A DNA stretch of 32,869 nucleotides from an uncultured virus (IMG/VR IMGVR_UViG_649633094_000002). Taxonomy: Duplodnaviria > Heunggongvirae > Uroviricota > Caudoviricetes. The notes below the pieces were generated by a model. The model was not told the origin of the DNA, did not search any database, and was given only the letters and a program-made list of their open reading frames with translations. The stretch is from the IMG/VR virus record IMGVR_UViG_649633094_000002; one strand, given 5' to 3'. The position numbers were made by a program, and so were the translations under genes. Positions 10,301-18,273 of the stretch are shown one piece after another. Position 1 is the stretch's first letter. Each line of letters opens with the position of its first letter.

Positions 10301-10581
10301 TTACGCTTCATTCTGAGAGAATACAGTATATCATCGATTCTTCCACCACGATCAATAAGCCCCTCACGTTTCAGGATTTTTATTCTATTGGCGTGAGTAT
10401 TATCGTAATCAGGCTCGTCAAGCCCCTCGTTCGCAAATATCTCCTGTACAAGACGTTCAGCAAACATTCCGAGCTTATAAATACACGCATTAGGATCGTT
10501 ATAGAGATAGCTTTCAGCAGTTTTTCCGATTTTAGCAAGAGTTCCCCAATACTTGCTCAAAAAATCAAAATTAGATTTCAT
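7321..10581 (-). CDS. hsdR: Type I R-M restriction subunit
   Basis: Nuclease motif ADYALF...IEAK, Walker A ATGTGKT, DEAH, LTATP and QMLGRATR helicase motifs; GGAGGTG RBS. Confidence 0.96.
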   Translation of the reverse strand: MKSNFDFLSKYWGTLAKIGKTAESYLYNDPNACIYKLGMFAERLVQEIFANEGLDEPDYDNTHANRIKILKREGLIDRGGRIDDILYSLRMKRNDAVHKYEDSVDTAKSLLRMAFRLAVWFMEVYGDYSFKAPDFVMPQNEPIPDYESIIKGLEEQLAKAAKAEPVVTATDGSTSKERADKSAEVTEAMELSEAETRIIIDDQLRKYGWEVDTNNLRYSKGTRPQKGRNLAIAEFPTDSTVTKGGYADYALFVGLKLVAIIEAKKASIDIPSVIDYQCKDYARMIKSEHSDYVIKDWNGYKVPFVFATNGRKYLKQIELKSGIWFLDLRDGANTPKALQGWFSPDGLMEMLDKDIASANQTLQNTPYDLLRDPDGLNLREYQIRAIEAAENAIIDGKKTALLSMATGTGKTRTILGMIYRFIKSNRFRRILFLVDRTALGEQAADVFKEVKIEDLMTLDEIYNIKGLDEKEIDKETKIHIATVQSLVKRLIYNEDGTMPSVSDYDLIVVDEAHRGYTLDKELSDDEMLYRNQEDYISKYRTVIEYFDAVKVALTATPALHTTEIFGKPVFTYSYREAVIDGYLVDHDAPHDIHTKLRDNGIEYKKGETLAIYDPNTGEVLNSDELEDDMKFEIDKFNKDVITEKFNLAVFNEIAMDFNPDGEGKTLIYAVDDDHADLIVKILKDIYSKYGIDNDVVKKITGSIEGGNKKKILEAIRQFKNEAYPKVVVTVDLLTTGIDVPEIVNLVFMRRIKSRILFEQMLGRATRLCSKIDKDHFEIYDPVGVYETLEPVSNMKPVTPNPQTTFEDLLNGLRVVEKDKQAYQLSLIIAKLQRKSRKISAKALEQFIYLTGGKDLNAFAKELNDGKVADSTKRALECSEAFAVLDKDRTHRKRPVVIDDHDDEVVSHERGYGKASKPEDYIEAFRKFVVENLNEINALKIVCTRPSELTRATLKELKMELDRHDFTEKQLNTAWNEMTNEDIVADIIAFVRQQAIGSALISHETRVKNAFAKLRQNHKFNKVQLDWLKRIEKVMLEEAVLDEQMFEQGAFKNNGGFKGIDRRFEGQLHEVIMELNQYLYDDGGIVA

Positions 10582-10648
10582 GACGAATCACCTCCATCAT
10601 AAAGTAACTTCCCATAATACCGTACTATGAGAACTTATTATCTATTCT

Positions 10649-10677
10649 ATTATACCACAATTTGCACAATTAGTCAA
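10649..10677 (-). promoter_or_regulatory. Promoter of the hsdRMS operon
   Basis: On the minus strand: TTGACT, 17-bp spacer, TGn-TATAAT. Confidence 0.75.
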
Positions 10678-10843
10678 TTGTCATACAGCGAAAAAAATAT
10701 AGTTTCACACCGAGCTGATTGATTCATAAGTATCTGAAACAAGCTATAGATCATAGATATTAGATTATTCCATTCATCGCTACATCAACTATTTTCTGTA
10801 GAAAAAACGATAATTTTCTGTCGCGTTATGATAATTTTCTTGC

Positions 10844-11959
10844 ATGGAAAAGTTCATCTATTTTTCTGAGGTGGCATATGCTTGGTTTACGATGAGCCGC
10901 GAGGTTGAAGTAAAAGGAATCAAAATGGTAGCAACAGTCCCTGAAGATTTACAGATTTCTGTTGGTAAGATTACTGCTACCAAGAACCTTAATGACACAG
11001 ATAGCTTTTTGGCTGATTTAAGCAGCGGAAAGGCGATTGCTCCAACGGAAAATATCATGTGGTCGAACACTGTAAATTTAAGCCAGTATTATGAATTTGG
11101 TCGCTTAATTCCTGCTTCATCCTCTAAAGGAACGAATATATTCTTTACTCCCGATGCAACAGAAGAAGGTAAAAATGTTGCAAGAAATGCAAAATATATA
11201 CAAGCAGCAACAGGATTGACGCCTACAACTAGCACTTCTAGTATGATGGCAACACTTCATGCTAGAACGGGTGCCGCTGATGCATGGGCGGCTCCAACTG
11301 GAACGGGTTATACTCAAGCTGTAAACTACATGGATACGCAGGATGATGGATATTATGTTGATATTCCCGTATGGATTAGAACTTCCACCACTGAAAATGT
11401 TGATCTTAAAGTTGAGGGCTTTGTAATTCCTAAGGATGCAACTAATAAAGGTTTAAAGGATGCAACAGCGGCTGAACTGTATAAGGCTACCCGTGTAGCC
11501 ATCTTACCTGCTGCTGGCGATACAACTAATGCCGAAAAAGGTACTAAAGGTGTAATTGACCTTAAGGATGGTGCTGCTACTGATACACCTGGTTGGAGTA
11601 GTGTTACCTCAATAATTGACTATTATGGCACCAGTGCAATGCACGGGATAGCTAATGGTGCAGTTAAAGCTGCAGTAGACGCAAATGGTACAGAGAATCA
11701 CGTTGAGGGTGGTTCAGAAACCAATGCTGATAATTGGTCATTAATTTACGAAGCTGCTACTGTATATAATGGAACAGCGAGCATTGCAACAATTGCAGGT
11801 GCGACAGCTGGTGCAGAGTATGGAACAGCAACACAGCTTTGGATTCGTGTATGGCTTGAAGGCGAAGATCCCGAGTGTTGGAACAAGAATGCTGGGCAGG
11901 ATTGGAATATATCGCTTAAGTTCTCAAAGATTGAACCTGCCGCACCATCTGATCCGTAA
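10844..11959 (+). CDS. Fibre/surface protein cassette 1 (SipW-class YAWF motif, signal peptide absent)
   Basis: Homology to the other two cassettes begins at YAWFTMSREVEV (10877). The 11 codons before it are not a signal peptide, and there is an in-frame TAA at 10832. Conserved blocks: FGRLIPASS, GYYVDIPVW, RVWLEGEDPECW. Confidence 0.75.
   Translation: MEKFIYFSEVAYAWFTMSREVEVKGIKMVATVPEDLQISVGKITATKNLNDTDSFLADLSSGKAIAPTENIMWSNTVNLSQYYEFGRLIPASSSKGTNIFFTPDATEEGKNVARNAKYIQAATGLTPTTSTSSMMATLHARTGAADAWAAPTGTGYTQAVNYMDTQDDGYYVDIPVWIRTSTTENVDLKVEGFVIPKDATNKGLKDATAAELYKATRVAILPAAGDTTNAEKGTKGVIDLKDGAATDTPGWSSVTSIIDYYGTSAMHGIANGAVKAAVDANGTENHVEGGSETNADNWSLIYEAATVYNGTASIATIAGATAGAEYGTATQLWIRVWLEGEDPECWNKNAGQDWNISLKFSKIEPAAPSDP
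10854..10897 (+). repeat. Putative serine-recombinase att-like site 1, overlapping the YAWFTMS codons
   Basis: TCATCTATTTTTCTGAGGTGGCATATGCTTGGTTTACGATGAGC is 39/44 identical to 15799-15842. It has outer TCATC/GATGA dyad symmetry. Confidence 0.7.
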
Positions 11960-11991
11960 CAACCACACTAAACAAAACATGGATATTTGTG

Positions 11992-12022
11992 TCCCCCCTC
12001 CTCGCAGAGGGGGGATTTTTTT
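11992..12022 (+). terminator. Intrinsic terminator after cassette 1
   Basis: TCCCCCCTC-ctcgca-GAGGGGGGA followed by a T run. Confidence 0.85.
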
Positions 12023-12154
12023 AACTATACACATCATCGCGATGCAACACTATACTGTAATCGGCAAAAAAGATGAACCATTAAACATAAAAATATTCTC
12101 ATAATAACGCTGTCACAAAGCCGTGCTATACTTATTCTGAAAGGAGTTGATAGC

Positions 12155-14188
12155 ATGGCTGAAATAACTATAATACAGCCAAGAGAACAGCCCCGCAGAA
12201 AACTTCGCTGCGGGGCATATTGCAGGGTATCGACGGGGCGAGAGGAACAGCAGCACTCATATGAGGCGCAGCGGCTGTGGTTCATGACGCTGCTCGGTGG
12301 CTCGCAGACAGAGGAGCTTGTGGACATCTATGCGGACATAGGGATAAGCGGAACGACCACCGACCGCCCTGAGTTCATGCGTATGCTTAACGATTGCAGG
12401 CATGGGTGCATTGACCGCATACTCACCAAGTCGATCAGCCGCTTCGCCCGCAACACCCGTGATTGTCTTGCAATACTGCGTGAGCTTCGGGAACTGGGCG
12501 TGACGGTTTTCTTCGAGAAAGAGAACATCGACACTGCGAGAACTGCCGACGAAATGATGATAGCGATTATGGGCGGTCTTGCACAGGAAGAATCGCAGTC
12601 CATTTCGAGGAACATTCGCTGGAGCCTGCACCGCAAAATGGCGGCAGGGACGCTCGGCGTGGCGCGTGTACCTTACGGTTATGACAAGGTGAACGGCAGA
12701 CTTGTGATAAATGATGAACAGGCGGCGGTCGTCCGGCGCATTTTTTCGCTGTATCTCGGCGGAATGGGTGCAAGACGAATCGCCGCTCTTTTCAATTCCG
12801 AGGGTCTGCCTGCACCCGAATCCACCGCATGGAACAATATCACTGTCTACAAAATGCTCGCACAGGAGATGTATCTCGGTGATATTCGCTGGCAGAAAAC
12901 AGTGTCCGTGTTTATGGGGACAAGCCACCCGAACACGGGGCAAGCTAACAGCTTCTATGTCAGTGGAAGTCATGAGCCGATAATTGACCGAGAGACTTTT
13001 GAATCGGCGCAGGCTTTGCGGTTAAAAAGCGTTCGTCCCGCCGAAAAGACCAATAACAGCCCGTTTCGTCAAAAGGTTGTCTGCGGAATTTGTGGGAGGT
13101 CGTACTACTTGATTGGTGCGGCTCGCCCTTACTGGCAATGCACGAGGCGATTTGATCTTGTCAAGCCCTGCACGAACGATATTCTGCATGATGAAACGCT
13201 TTCCGACTTGTGGCGAGTGATATGGACAAAGTTCACCAACCATGCCGATGATGTTCTCCTGCCGCTTATTGGGCAGCTTGAAAGGATCGCTGAAAAGGTC
13301 TCTGAAAATGCAGAAAGCGGTCGCCTTGACGAAATAATGCAACAGAAAATGACCCTTCGCAAAATGTGTGCGGAGGGTCTTATTTCTTATGGGGAAGTCA
13401 TAACCTCCGAGACCGAGCTTAACGCCGAGTATTCCTCCTTGATTGAGAATTGCAGAAAACAAAAGGAGCATAATTCACTTTTGATAAATGAGGTAAAAAC
13501 GCTCTACAAAGCGGTTTCCGCTGCTCATAGTGATTGTTGTGCCGATATTCTCAAATCTATCCGATTTGCCCACGATACCGCTGATTTTGAGCTTGTGAGC
13601 GGCATACATATCATTATGAGCATCCCGAAGCATAAAAAACGAATAATTACATCACATAATCCTATAAATGCGATTCGCTCACTTGCCTTGTGCGGAGGCT
13701 GCGGAGGAAGGCTTTCACGGCGCAAGGTCGAGGGTGTATATCTCTGGAAATGCTCAAACCGCCGTTGTTCTTATTGGAGGTCAAAGCATACGGACGAAGA
13801 TATGATAGGCAACACAACTGACGTTTTTTCAAAGGTATACGCTGACCCACGCTTAGTAAGTCTTAAATGTTCCATGACGGAATATCGTCCAACGGAAAGT
13901 GTTCTCACAATGCTGGAAAGCCTTGAAAAGCTGATAGCTTTGGGAGAAAACGCTGAAATGCTTATCAAAGCGGCGGTTCATCTTGCAGAGGAAAAAATCG
14001 GCTGCATTGAGTACAACGTGAAAACCGAGCAGACCGCGCATATAGAGGACGCTATCAAGAATTGTGTGGAGCTGCCGGAGTTTCTAATACAAGCGGTCAG
14101 GCACATCTATGTCACGCCCGACAGAGTGCGTGTTAAGTTCATCAACGGAAAGACGGTCAAAAGTGAAAGGAGCACCAACCATGAGTAA
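12155..14188 (+). CDS. Large serine recombinase with an extra C-terminal zinc-ribbon module (apparent gene fusion)
   Basis: YCRVST catalytic motif, DRILTKSISRFARN, PYGY, zinc ribbon CGICG, and a second CGGCG...C..RRC module; AAGGAG RBS. Confidence 0.92.
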   Translation: MAEITIIQPREQPRRKLRCGAYCRVSTGREEQQHSYEAQRLWFMTLLGGSQTEELVDIYADIGISGTTTDRPEFMRMLNDCRHGCIDRILTKSISRFARNTRDCLAILRELRELGVTVFFEKENIDTARTADEMMIAIMGGLAQEESQSISRNIRWSLHRKMAAGTLGVARVPYGYDKVNGRLVINDEQAAVVRRIFSLYLGGMGARRIAALFNSEGLPAPESTAWNNITVYKMLAQEMYLGDIRWQKTVSVFMGTSHPNTGQANSFYVSGSHEPIIDRETFESAQALRLKSVRPAEKTNNSPFRQKVVCGICGRSYYLIGAARPYWQCTRRFDLVKPCTNDILHDETLSDLWRVIWTKFTNHADDVLLPLIGQLERIAEKVSENAESGRLDEIMQQKMTLRKMCAEGLISYGEVITSETELNAEYSSLIENCRKQKEHNSLLINEVKTLYKAVSAAHSDCCADILKSIRFAHDTADFELVSGIHIIMSIPKHKKRIITSHNPINAIRSLALCGGCGGRLSRRKVEGVYLWKCSNRRCSYWRSKHTDEDMIGNTTDVFSKVYADPRLVSLKCSMTEYRPTESVLTMLESLEKLIALGENAEMLIKAAVHLAEEKIGCIEYNVKTEQTAHIEDAIKNCVELPEFLIQAVRHIYVTPDRVRVKFINGKTVKSERSTNHE

Positions 14189-15779
14189 TATAAAGACAGC
14201 GGCAAACGTGACACTTATCCCTGCAAAGGAGCAGGCAAACAGCGTATTTACAGGCAAAAAGCTGAAAGTGGCGGCTTATTGCAGGGTCAGCACAGACGAA
14301 ACCGAGCAGATGAACAGCTTCGGAGTACAGATCGCGTACTACACCGACTACATCGGCAGCCGACCCGACTGGCAGATGATCGGCATTTTTGCGGACGAGG
14401 GCATCAGCGGCACGCAGACCGAGAACCGCACACAGTTCAACCGCATGATCGAGCTGTGCCGCAAGGGGCGCATCGACCTGATACTCTGCAAGTCGATCAG
14501 CCGTTTTGCGCGGAATACCGTCGATTGCCTTGATTTCGTGCGTGAGCTGAAAAGGCTGAATGTGGCGGTACAGTTTGAAAAGGAGAACATCAACACGCTG
14601 TCGGTCAGTTCGGAGTTTGCGATAACGCTGTACGCAAGCTTCGCGCAGGCGGAAAGCGAGAGCATCAGCCGCAACATAACATGGGGTATCGAAAAGTCGT
14701 TCAAGGAAGGCAACGTGCGGTATCAGATGAGATACACGCTGGGGTATCGGCTGGTGGACGGCGTTCCGCAGATAATCGAGGACGAAGCCGTGATCGTGAG
14801 GGAGATTTTCAGCCTTTTTGCGGGCGGTATGAGTCTGCGAAAGATAGCAGAAAGACTAACCTCTGAGGGTGCAGCCCGCAGAAATGGCAGCACCGTCTGG
14901 AACCGCGACCATGTGAACTCTATCCTCAAAAACGAAAAATATGTGGGAGACGCCATTTTGCAGAAGTACTATACGGTCGATTGCCTGACCCACACCTGTG
15001 CGAAGAACAACGGTCAGAAGCCAAAGTATCTGGTGCAGAACTGTCACGCCCCGATCATCGACCGCGAAACTTGGGACAGGGTGCAGCTGGAGTTGTCCCG
15101 TCGCAGTGCTATGACGAAAGGCAACGCTCGCGGGGGACGTTACCGCACTGAATACGCCCTGAGCGAGCTGCTCGTCTGCGGCAGCTGCGGCTGCAATTAC
15201 AAGCGTGTGCTGTGGAAAAGTGGCACCGGCAAGCGTGCCGTGTGGCGCTGCAAAAGCACTCTTGACGGTGGTAAGGCGAGGTGCGATTCGCCCAGCCTGC
15301 ACGAGGAAGCACTGCACAGCGCGATAGTGAGGGCGATAAACGAGCAGATACTTGACAGTAGCGGCTTTGATAGACAGTCTGCTCTTTCCGCAGATACCCT
15401 TGAATCCGAAAACGCCGACCTTGAACGCAGGATAGCTTCGGTCAGTGCTCGCCTTGGAGAAATAGAAGTTGAGCGTAACCGCCTGCTTGCGGATATTTCT
15501 GCTATTCCTGCCGACGTTCTTGGTAGCAAGTTAAAGCTCCTGCACACGGAGGAACAGGAGCTGAAATCCAAACTTGATGAACTGAACAGCAAGCGCGATT
15601 CGGGGCGGCATGATCTGTACCGTATCAAGGCGGCGAGGAATCTGACGCATGGTATTGAAGCGCTCGGGGAGTTTGATAATGATCTGGTCAGACAGGTTGT
15701 TGAGGAGATCACTGTTAAGAGCGCTGATAAGGTCGTTGTGAAGTTTTGTGGTGGCGAGAAGGTAACAGTTAAGGTTTAA
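14181..15779 (+). CDS. Large serine recombinase
   Basis: AAYCRVSTD, DLILCKSISRFARN, CGSCG zinc ribbon and a coiled coil. The start is moved to ATG 14181, which has an AAGGAG RBS and overlaps the previous stop. Confidence 0.93.
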   Translation: MSNIKTAANVTLIPAKEQANSVFTGKKLKVAAYCRVSTDETEQMNSFGVQIAYYTDYIGSRPDWQMIGIFADEGISGTQTENRTQFNRMIELCRKGRIDLILCKSISRFARNTVDCLDFVRELKRLNVAVQFEKENINTLSVSSEFAITLYASFAQAESESISRNITWGIEKSFKEGNVRYQMRYTLGYRLVDGVPQIIEDEAVIVREIFSLFAGGMSLRKIAERLTSEGAARRNGSTVWNRDHVNSILKNEKYVGDAILQKYYTVDCLTHTCAKNNGQKPKYLVQNCHAPIIDRETWDRVQLELSRRSAMTKGNARGGRYRTEYALSELLVCGSCGCNYKRVLWKSGTGKRAVWRCKSTLDGGKARCDSPSLHEEALHSAIVRAINEQILDSSGFDRQSALSADTLESENADLERRIASVSARLGEIEVERNRLLADISAIPADVLGSKLKLLHTEEQELKSKLDELNSKRDSGRHDLYRIKAARNLTHGIEALGEFDNDLVRQVVEEITVKSADKVVVKFCGGEKVTVKV

Positions 15780-15798
15780 TATTTTATCATCTTTGCGG

Positions 15799-15842
15799 TC
15801 ATCTCTTTTTCAAAAGTGGAATATGCTTGGTTTACGATGAGC
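15799..15842 (+). repeat. Putative att-like site 2
   Basis: TCATCTCTTTTTCAAAAGTGGAATATGCTTGGTTTACGATGAGC, a direct repeat of 10854-10897. Confidence 0.7.
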
Positions 15843-16895
15843 AAGGAAGTTGAAGTTACAGGAATTAAGATGACAGCTTCAGTTCCTGAGAATATTCAAG
15901 TTTCACTTGGTGCTGGTACAAATGGTACAGCAGGTTTAACAGGCGCTTCGTTTGTGGAAGCAAACGATGGTTCAACTCGTACACTTACTGTCACAACTCC
16001 TAGTGTAGCAGACGGAACAACAGATTGGACTAATACTGTTGCAATATCCGATTACTATACTTTTGGTCGTTTGACTCCTGCTACATCAAAAGATGGCAAT
16101 GATATATTCTTTACTTCTGATGCTACTAGAGCTGGTCGTGCGCTGTTACAAGACACTTATGATGCAAATCAAAAAGCACTTACTGGTAAGAGTTATGCGG
16201 CATTCGTTCAAGCAGATACAGCTGCAACAAGTAAATATCAGGCATGGACAGAGCCTAATGATGTAACTGGTGCTTCAATGACCACAACCACAAAGGGTGC
16301 TACTACTAATGTGACTATTGCGGATATTGATAAGACTGGTGGAGGTTACTATGTTGACATTCCTGTATGGTTTAGAACATCTATTACGGGTGCGGAAAAT
16401 GAGAATGTTCAGCTTGCTGTAATCGCAACAATTACTCCTAAAAAGACAGGTGCTACTGCTGATGCAGTAACTACGCCTGATTTGTATCTTGCTGCTCGAT
16501 GTGCATTGATTCCTAGTGGTGGAAGTGCAGTTGGAGCAATTATGGATAGCACAACAAAGTATTACCATACTGAAGAGGGCGCTGTAGATAGTGTTAATGG
16601 TTATGCTCCAGCATCTGCGTATACAGTAAATGCTGCAACCGATAATTCGACTGCTCCTACATGGGTTCAGGTAGATCCTGTTACACAAGCCACAACTGCG
16701 GCTATAAATGATGGAATTGCTGGTGATGGTGAGGCGGTAGTCCTTGTGCCTAAGTCTACATCAACAAGTGGCGAATATGGCTCTGCTGCCGCTTATACTT
16801 TACGTGTTTGGCTTGAAGGCGAAGATGTTAACTGCTGGGATGAAACTGCCGCTCAGGACTTCCAGATTGATCTTAGATTCATAAGAAAGAGCTAA
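15816..16895 (+). CDS. Fibre/surface protein cassette 2 (SipW-class YAWF motif, signal peptide absent)
   Basis: Begins YAWFTMSKEVEVTGIKMTA, with no RBS and no room for a signal peptide after the recombinase stop. It has the same conserved blocks (FGRLTPATS, GYYVDIPVW, RVWLEGEDVNCW). Confidence 0.75.
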   Translation: MEYAWFTMSKEVEVTGIKMTASVPENIQVSLGAGTNGTAGLTGASFVEANDGSTRTLTVTTPSVADGTTDWTNTVAISDYYTFGRLTPATSKDGNDIFFTSDATRAGRALLQDTYDANQKALTGKSYAAFVQADTAATSKYQAWTEPNDVTGASMTTTTKGATTNVTIADIDKTGGGYYVDIPVWFRTSITGAENENVQLAVIATITPKKTGATADAVTTPDLYLAARCALIPSGGSAVGAIMDSTTKYYHTEEGAVDSVNGYAPASAYTVNAATDNSTAPTWVQVDPVTQATTAAINDGIAGDGEAVVLVPKSTSTSGEYGSAAAYTLRVWLEGEDVNCWDETAAQDFQIDLRFIRKS

Positions 16896-16931
16896 TCTTT
16901 ATAGTATATGAACTCATAAATTATGCAATAT

Positions 16932-16963
16932 AGCCCCTCTCTCCAAATTCGGAGAGAGGGGCT
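16932..16963. terminator. Probable bidirectional terminator between convergent cassettes 2 and 3
   Basis: Perfect 13-bp stem AGCCCCTCTCTCC-aaattc-GGAGAGAGGGGCT. Confidence 0.8.
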
Positions 16964-16995
16964 TATGGTATGCTTTATGGTTTTATATACAACTA

Positions 16996-18273
16996 TTAGC
17001 TTTCGATCTTTGCAAACTTCAGAGCAATTGCCCAATCCTGTCCAGCATTATCATTCCAGCATTCAAAGTCTTCACCATCAAGCCAAACTCTTATGATGAG
17101 CTTCTTAGCAGCACCATACTGTCCATTAGTTGTACTACCTGCAACAGTTGCTACATTAGACCAGGCAGAAGCAGCAGAAGTAGGTGTTATGCAAGTGTAG
17201 TCAGTATAAGTACCAGCATAAGTATCAACCACTCCATCACCATCGGGATCAGTTGCTGTTGTAGCTGCTGCACTTACGCCAGCATACATCTGCCCCTCAG
17301 CACCCTTGGCATACTTTGGCTGATTTGCAGCAGTAAGTGCTGACGGAAGAGTTCTGCCAGTAGTAGCAAGGTTAGCAGAGTCGACAACAGATGTAAGAGT
17401 ATTAGCCCACGGATTTGCAACGCCTGTAATAGCTGAAAATGTTCCATCTGTAACATTAGCTGATGTATCCCATGCATCTTTCAAAGGAATTATATTATTA
17501 GTGTTTGCAACTGCTGCATCACCTGCGGTACAAGCAACAGCACCAGTAGAAGCATTTTCAGAAACTGTCTCACCATCAAGGATTGCAACCCTAATTGCTC
17601 TGTACAGTTCAAGATCTGTTTCCTTGTTTGATGCGCCTTCGCCAGTATTTAAACTTCCAGGTAAAACATAGCCATCAACAGAAAGATTTATAGCTTCATT
17701 AGAAGAGGTTCTAAGCCATATAGGAATGTCAACATAATAACCATCATCTTTTGTTTTATTCCAAGTATCTGCCTGAGCATAAGCACCTGTACCTACAACG
17801 TTCCAGTTATCAGCTGTTGAAGTCTTAGCATGCAGCGTAGTTTTGTAAGTTGTTCCAGTGCCAGCGTCCGCAACAGGTGTGAGTTTATCTGTCGCTTGAT
17901 AATAAGAAGCATTACCCTTAACTGTTTTACCAACACCATTTGCATCAGGCGTAAAGAATATCTCTCTGCCGTCATATGAAGATGCAGGTATCAATCTACC
18001 AAACTGGTAATAAGCACTTATATCTGCACTATTTGACCAATCCCACGATTTTTCAGGAGCAGAAGCACCGCCATTGTCAGCAGCACCAGCCGATGCAGAA
18101 TACAGAACACCAGTACTAGCTCCAAGAGAAACACCATTCTCATCAACTTCAGCAGAATTGGGTGTATCGACATCTGCTAATCTTCCTAACGAAATCTGCA
18201 GGTCTTCTGGTACGGTTGCAGTCATCTTAATACCTGTGACTTCAACTTCCCTGCTCATGGTAAACCAGGCATA
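16996..18273 (-). CDS. Fibre/surface protein cassette 3 (SipW-class YAWF motif, signal peptide absent)
   Basis: The frame extends upstream of ATG 18258 as Y-A-W-F-T-M-SREVEVTGIKMTA. An in-frame TAG at 18313-18315 excludes a signal peptide. Conserved blocks: FGRLIPASS, GYYVDIPIW, RVWLDGEDFECW. Confidence 0.75.
   Translation of the reverse strand, partial: YAWFTMSREVEVTGIKMTATVPEDLQISLGRLADVDTPNSAEVDENGVSLGASTGVLYSASAGAADNGGASAPEKSWDWSNSADISAYYQFGRLIPASSYDGREIFFTPDANGVGKTVKGNASYYQATDKLTPVADAGTGTTYKTTLHAKTSTADNWNVVGTGAYAQADTWNKTKDDGYYVDIPIWLRTSSNEAINLSVDGYVLPGSLNTGEGASNKETDLELYRAIRVAILDGETVSENASTGAVACTAGDAAVANTNNIIPLKDAWDTSANVTDGTFSAITGVANPWANTLTSVVDSANLATTGRTLPSALTAANQPKYAKGAEGQMYAGVSAAATTATDPDGDGVVDTYAGTYTDYTCITPTSAASAWSNVATVAGSTTNGQYGAAKKLIIRVWLDGEDFECWNDNAGQDWAIALKFAKIES

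Larger units (their letters stand above)
10854..15842 (+). mobile_element. Putative minimal excisable unit: fibre cassette plus two serine recombinases between direct repeats
   Basis: 44-bp direct repeats 4945 bp apart; the second begins 20 bp after the stop of the last recombinase. Confidence 0.55.

Noticed and set aside
10609..10633. Imperfect inverted repeat in the hsdR leader with arms resembling TATTATGAGAA
   Set aside because: Each arm differs from the core and the stem has two mismatches; too weak to call a recombinase site.
12096..12107. 12-bp match (TTATTATGAGAA, minus strand) to the hsdS type-B core upstream of the serine recombinases
   Set aside because: Short, AT-rich and without flanking similarity; chance cannot be excluded.
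12257..12973. 238-aa minus-strand ORF and similar antisense ORFs inside the recombinase, hsdR and relaxase genes
   Set aside because: They lie wholly opposite well-supported genes and show no recognisable motifs.
10844..18273. Diversity-generating retroelement or classical integron as the explanation for the cassettes
   Set aside because: There is no reverse transcriptase, no near-identical template/variable repeat pair, no IntI-type integrase and no attC-like hairpins at the cassette ends.
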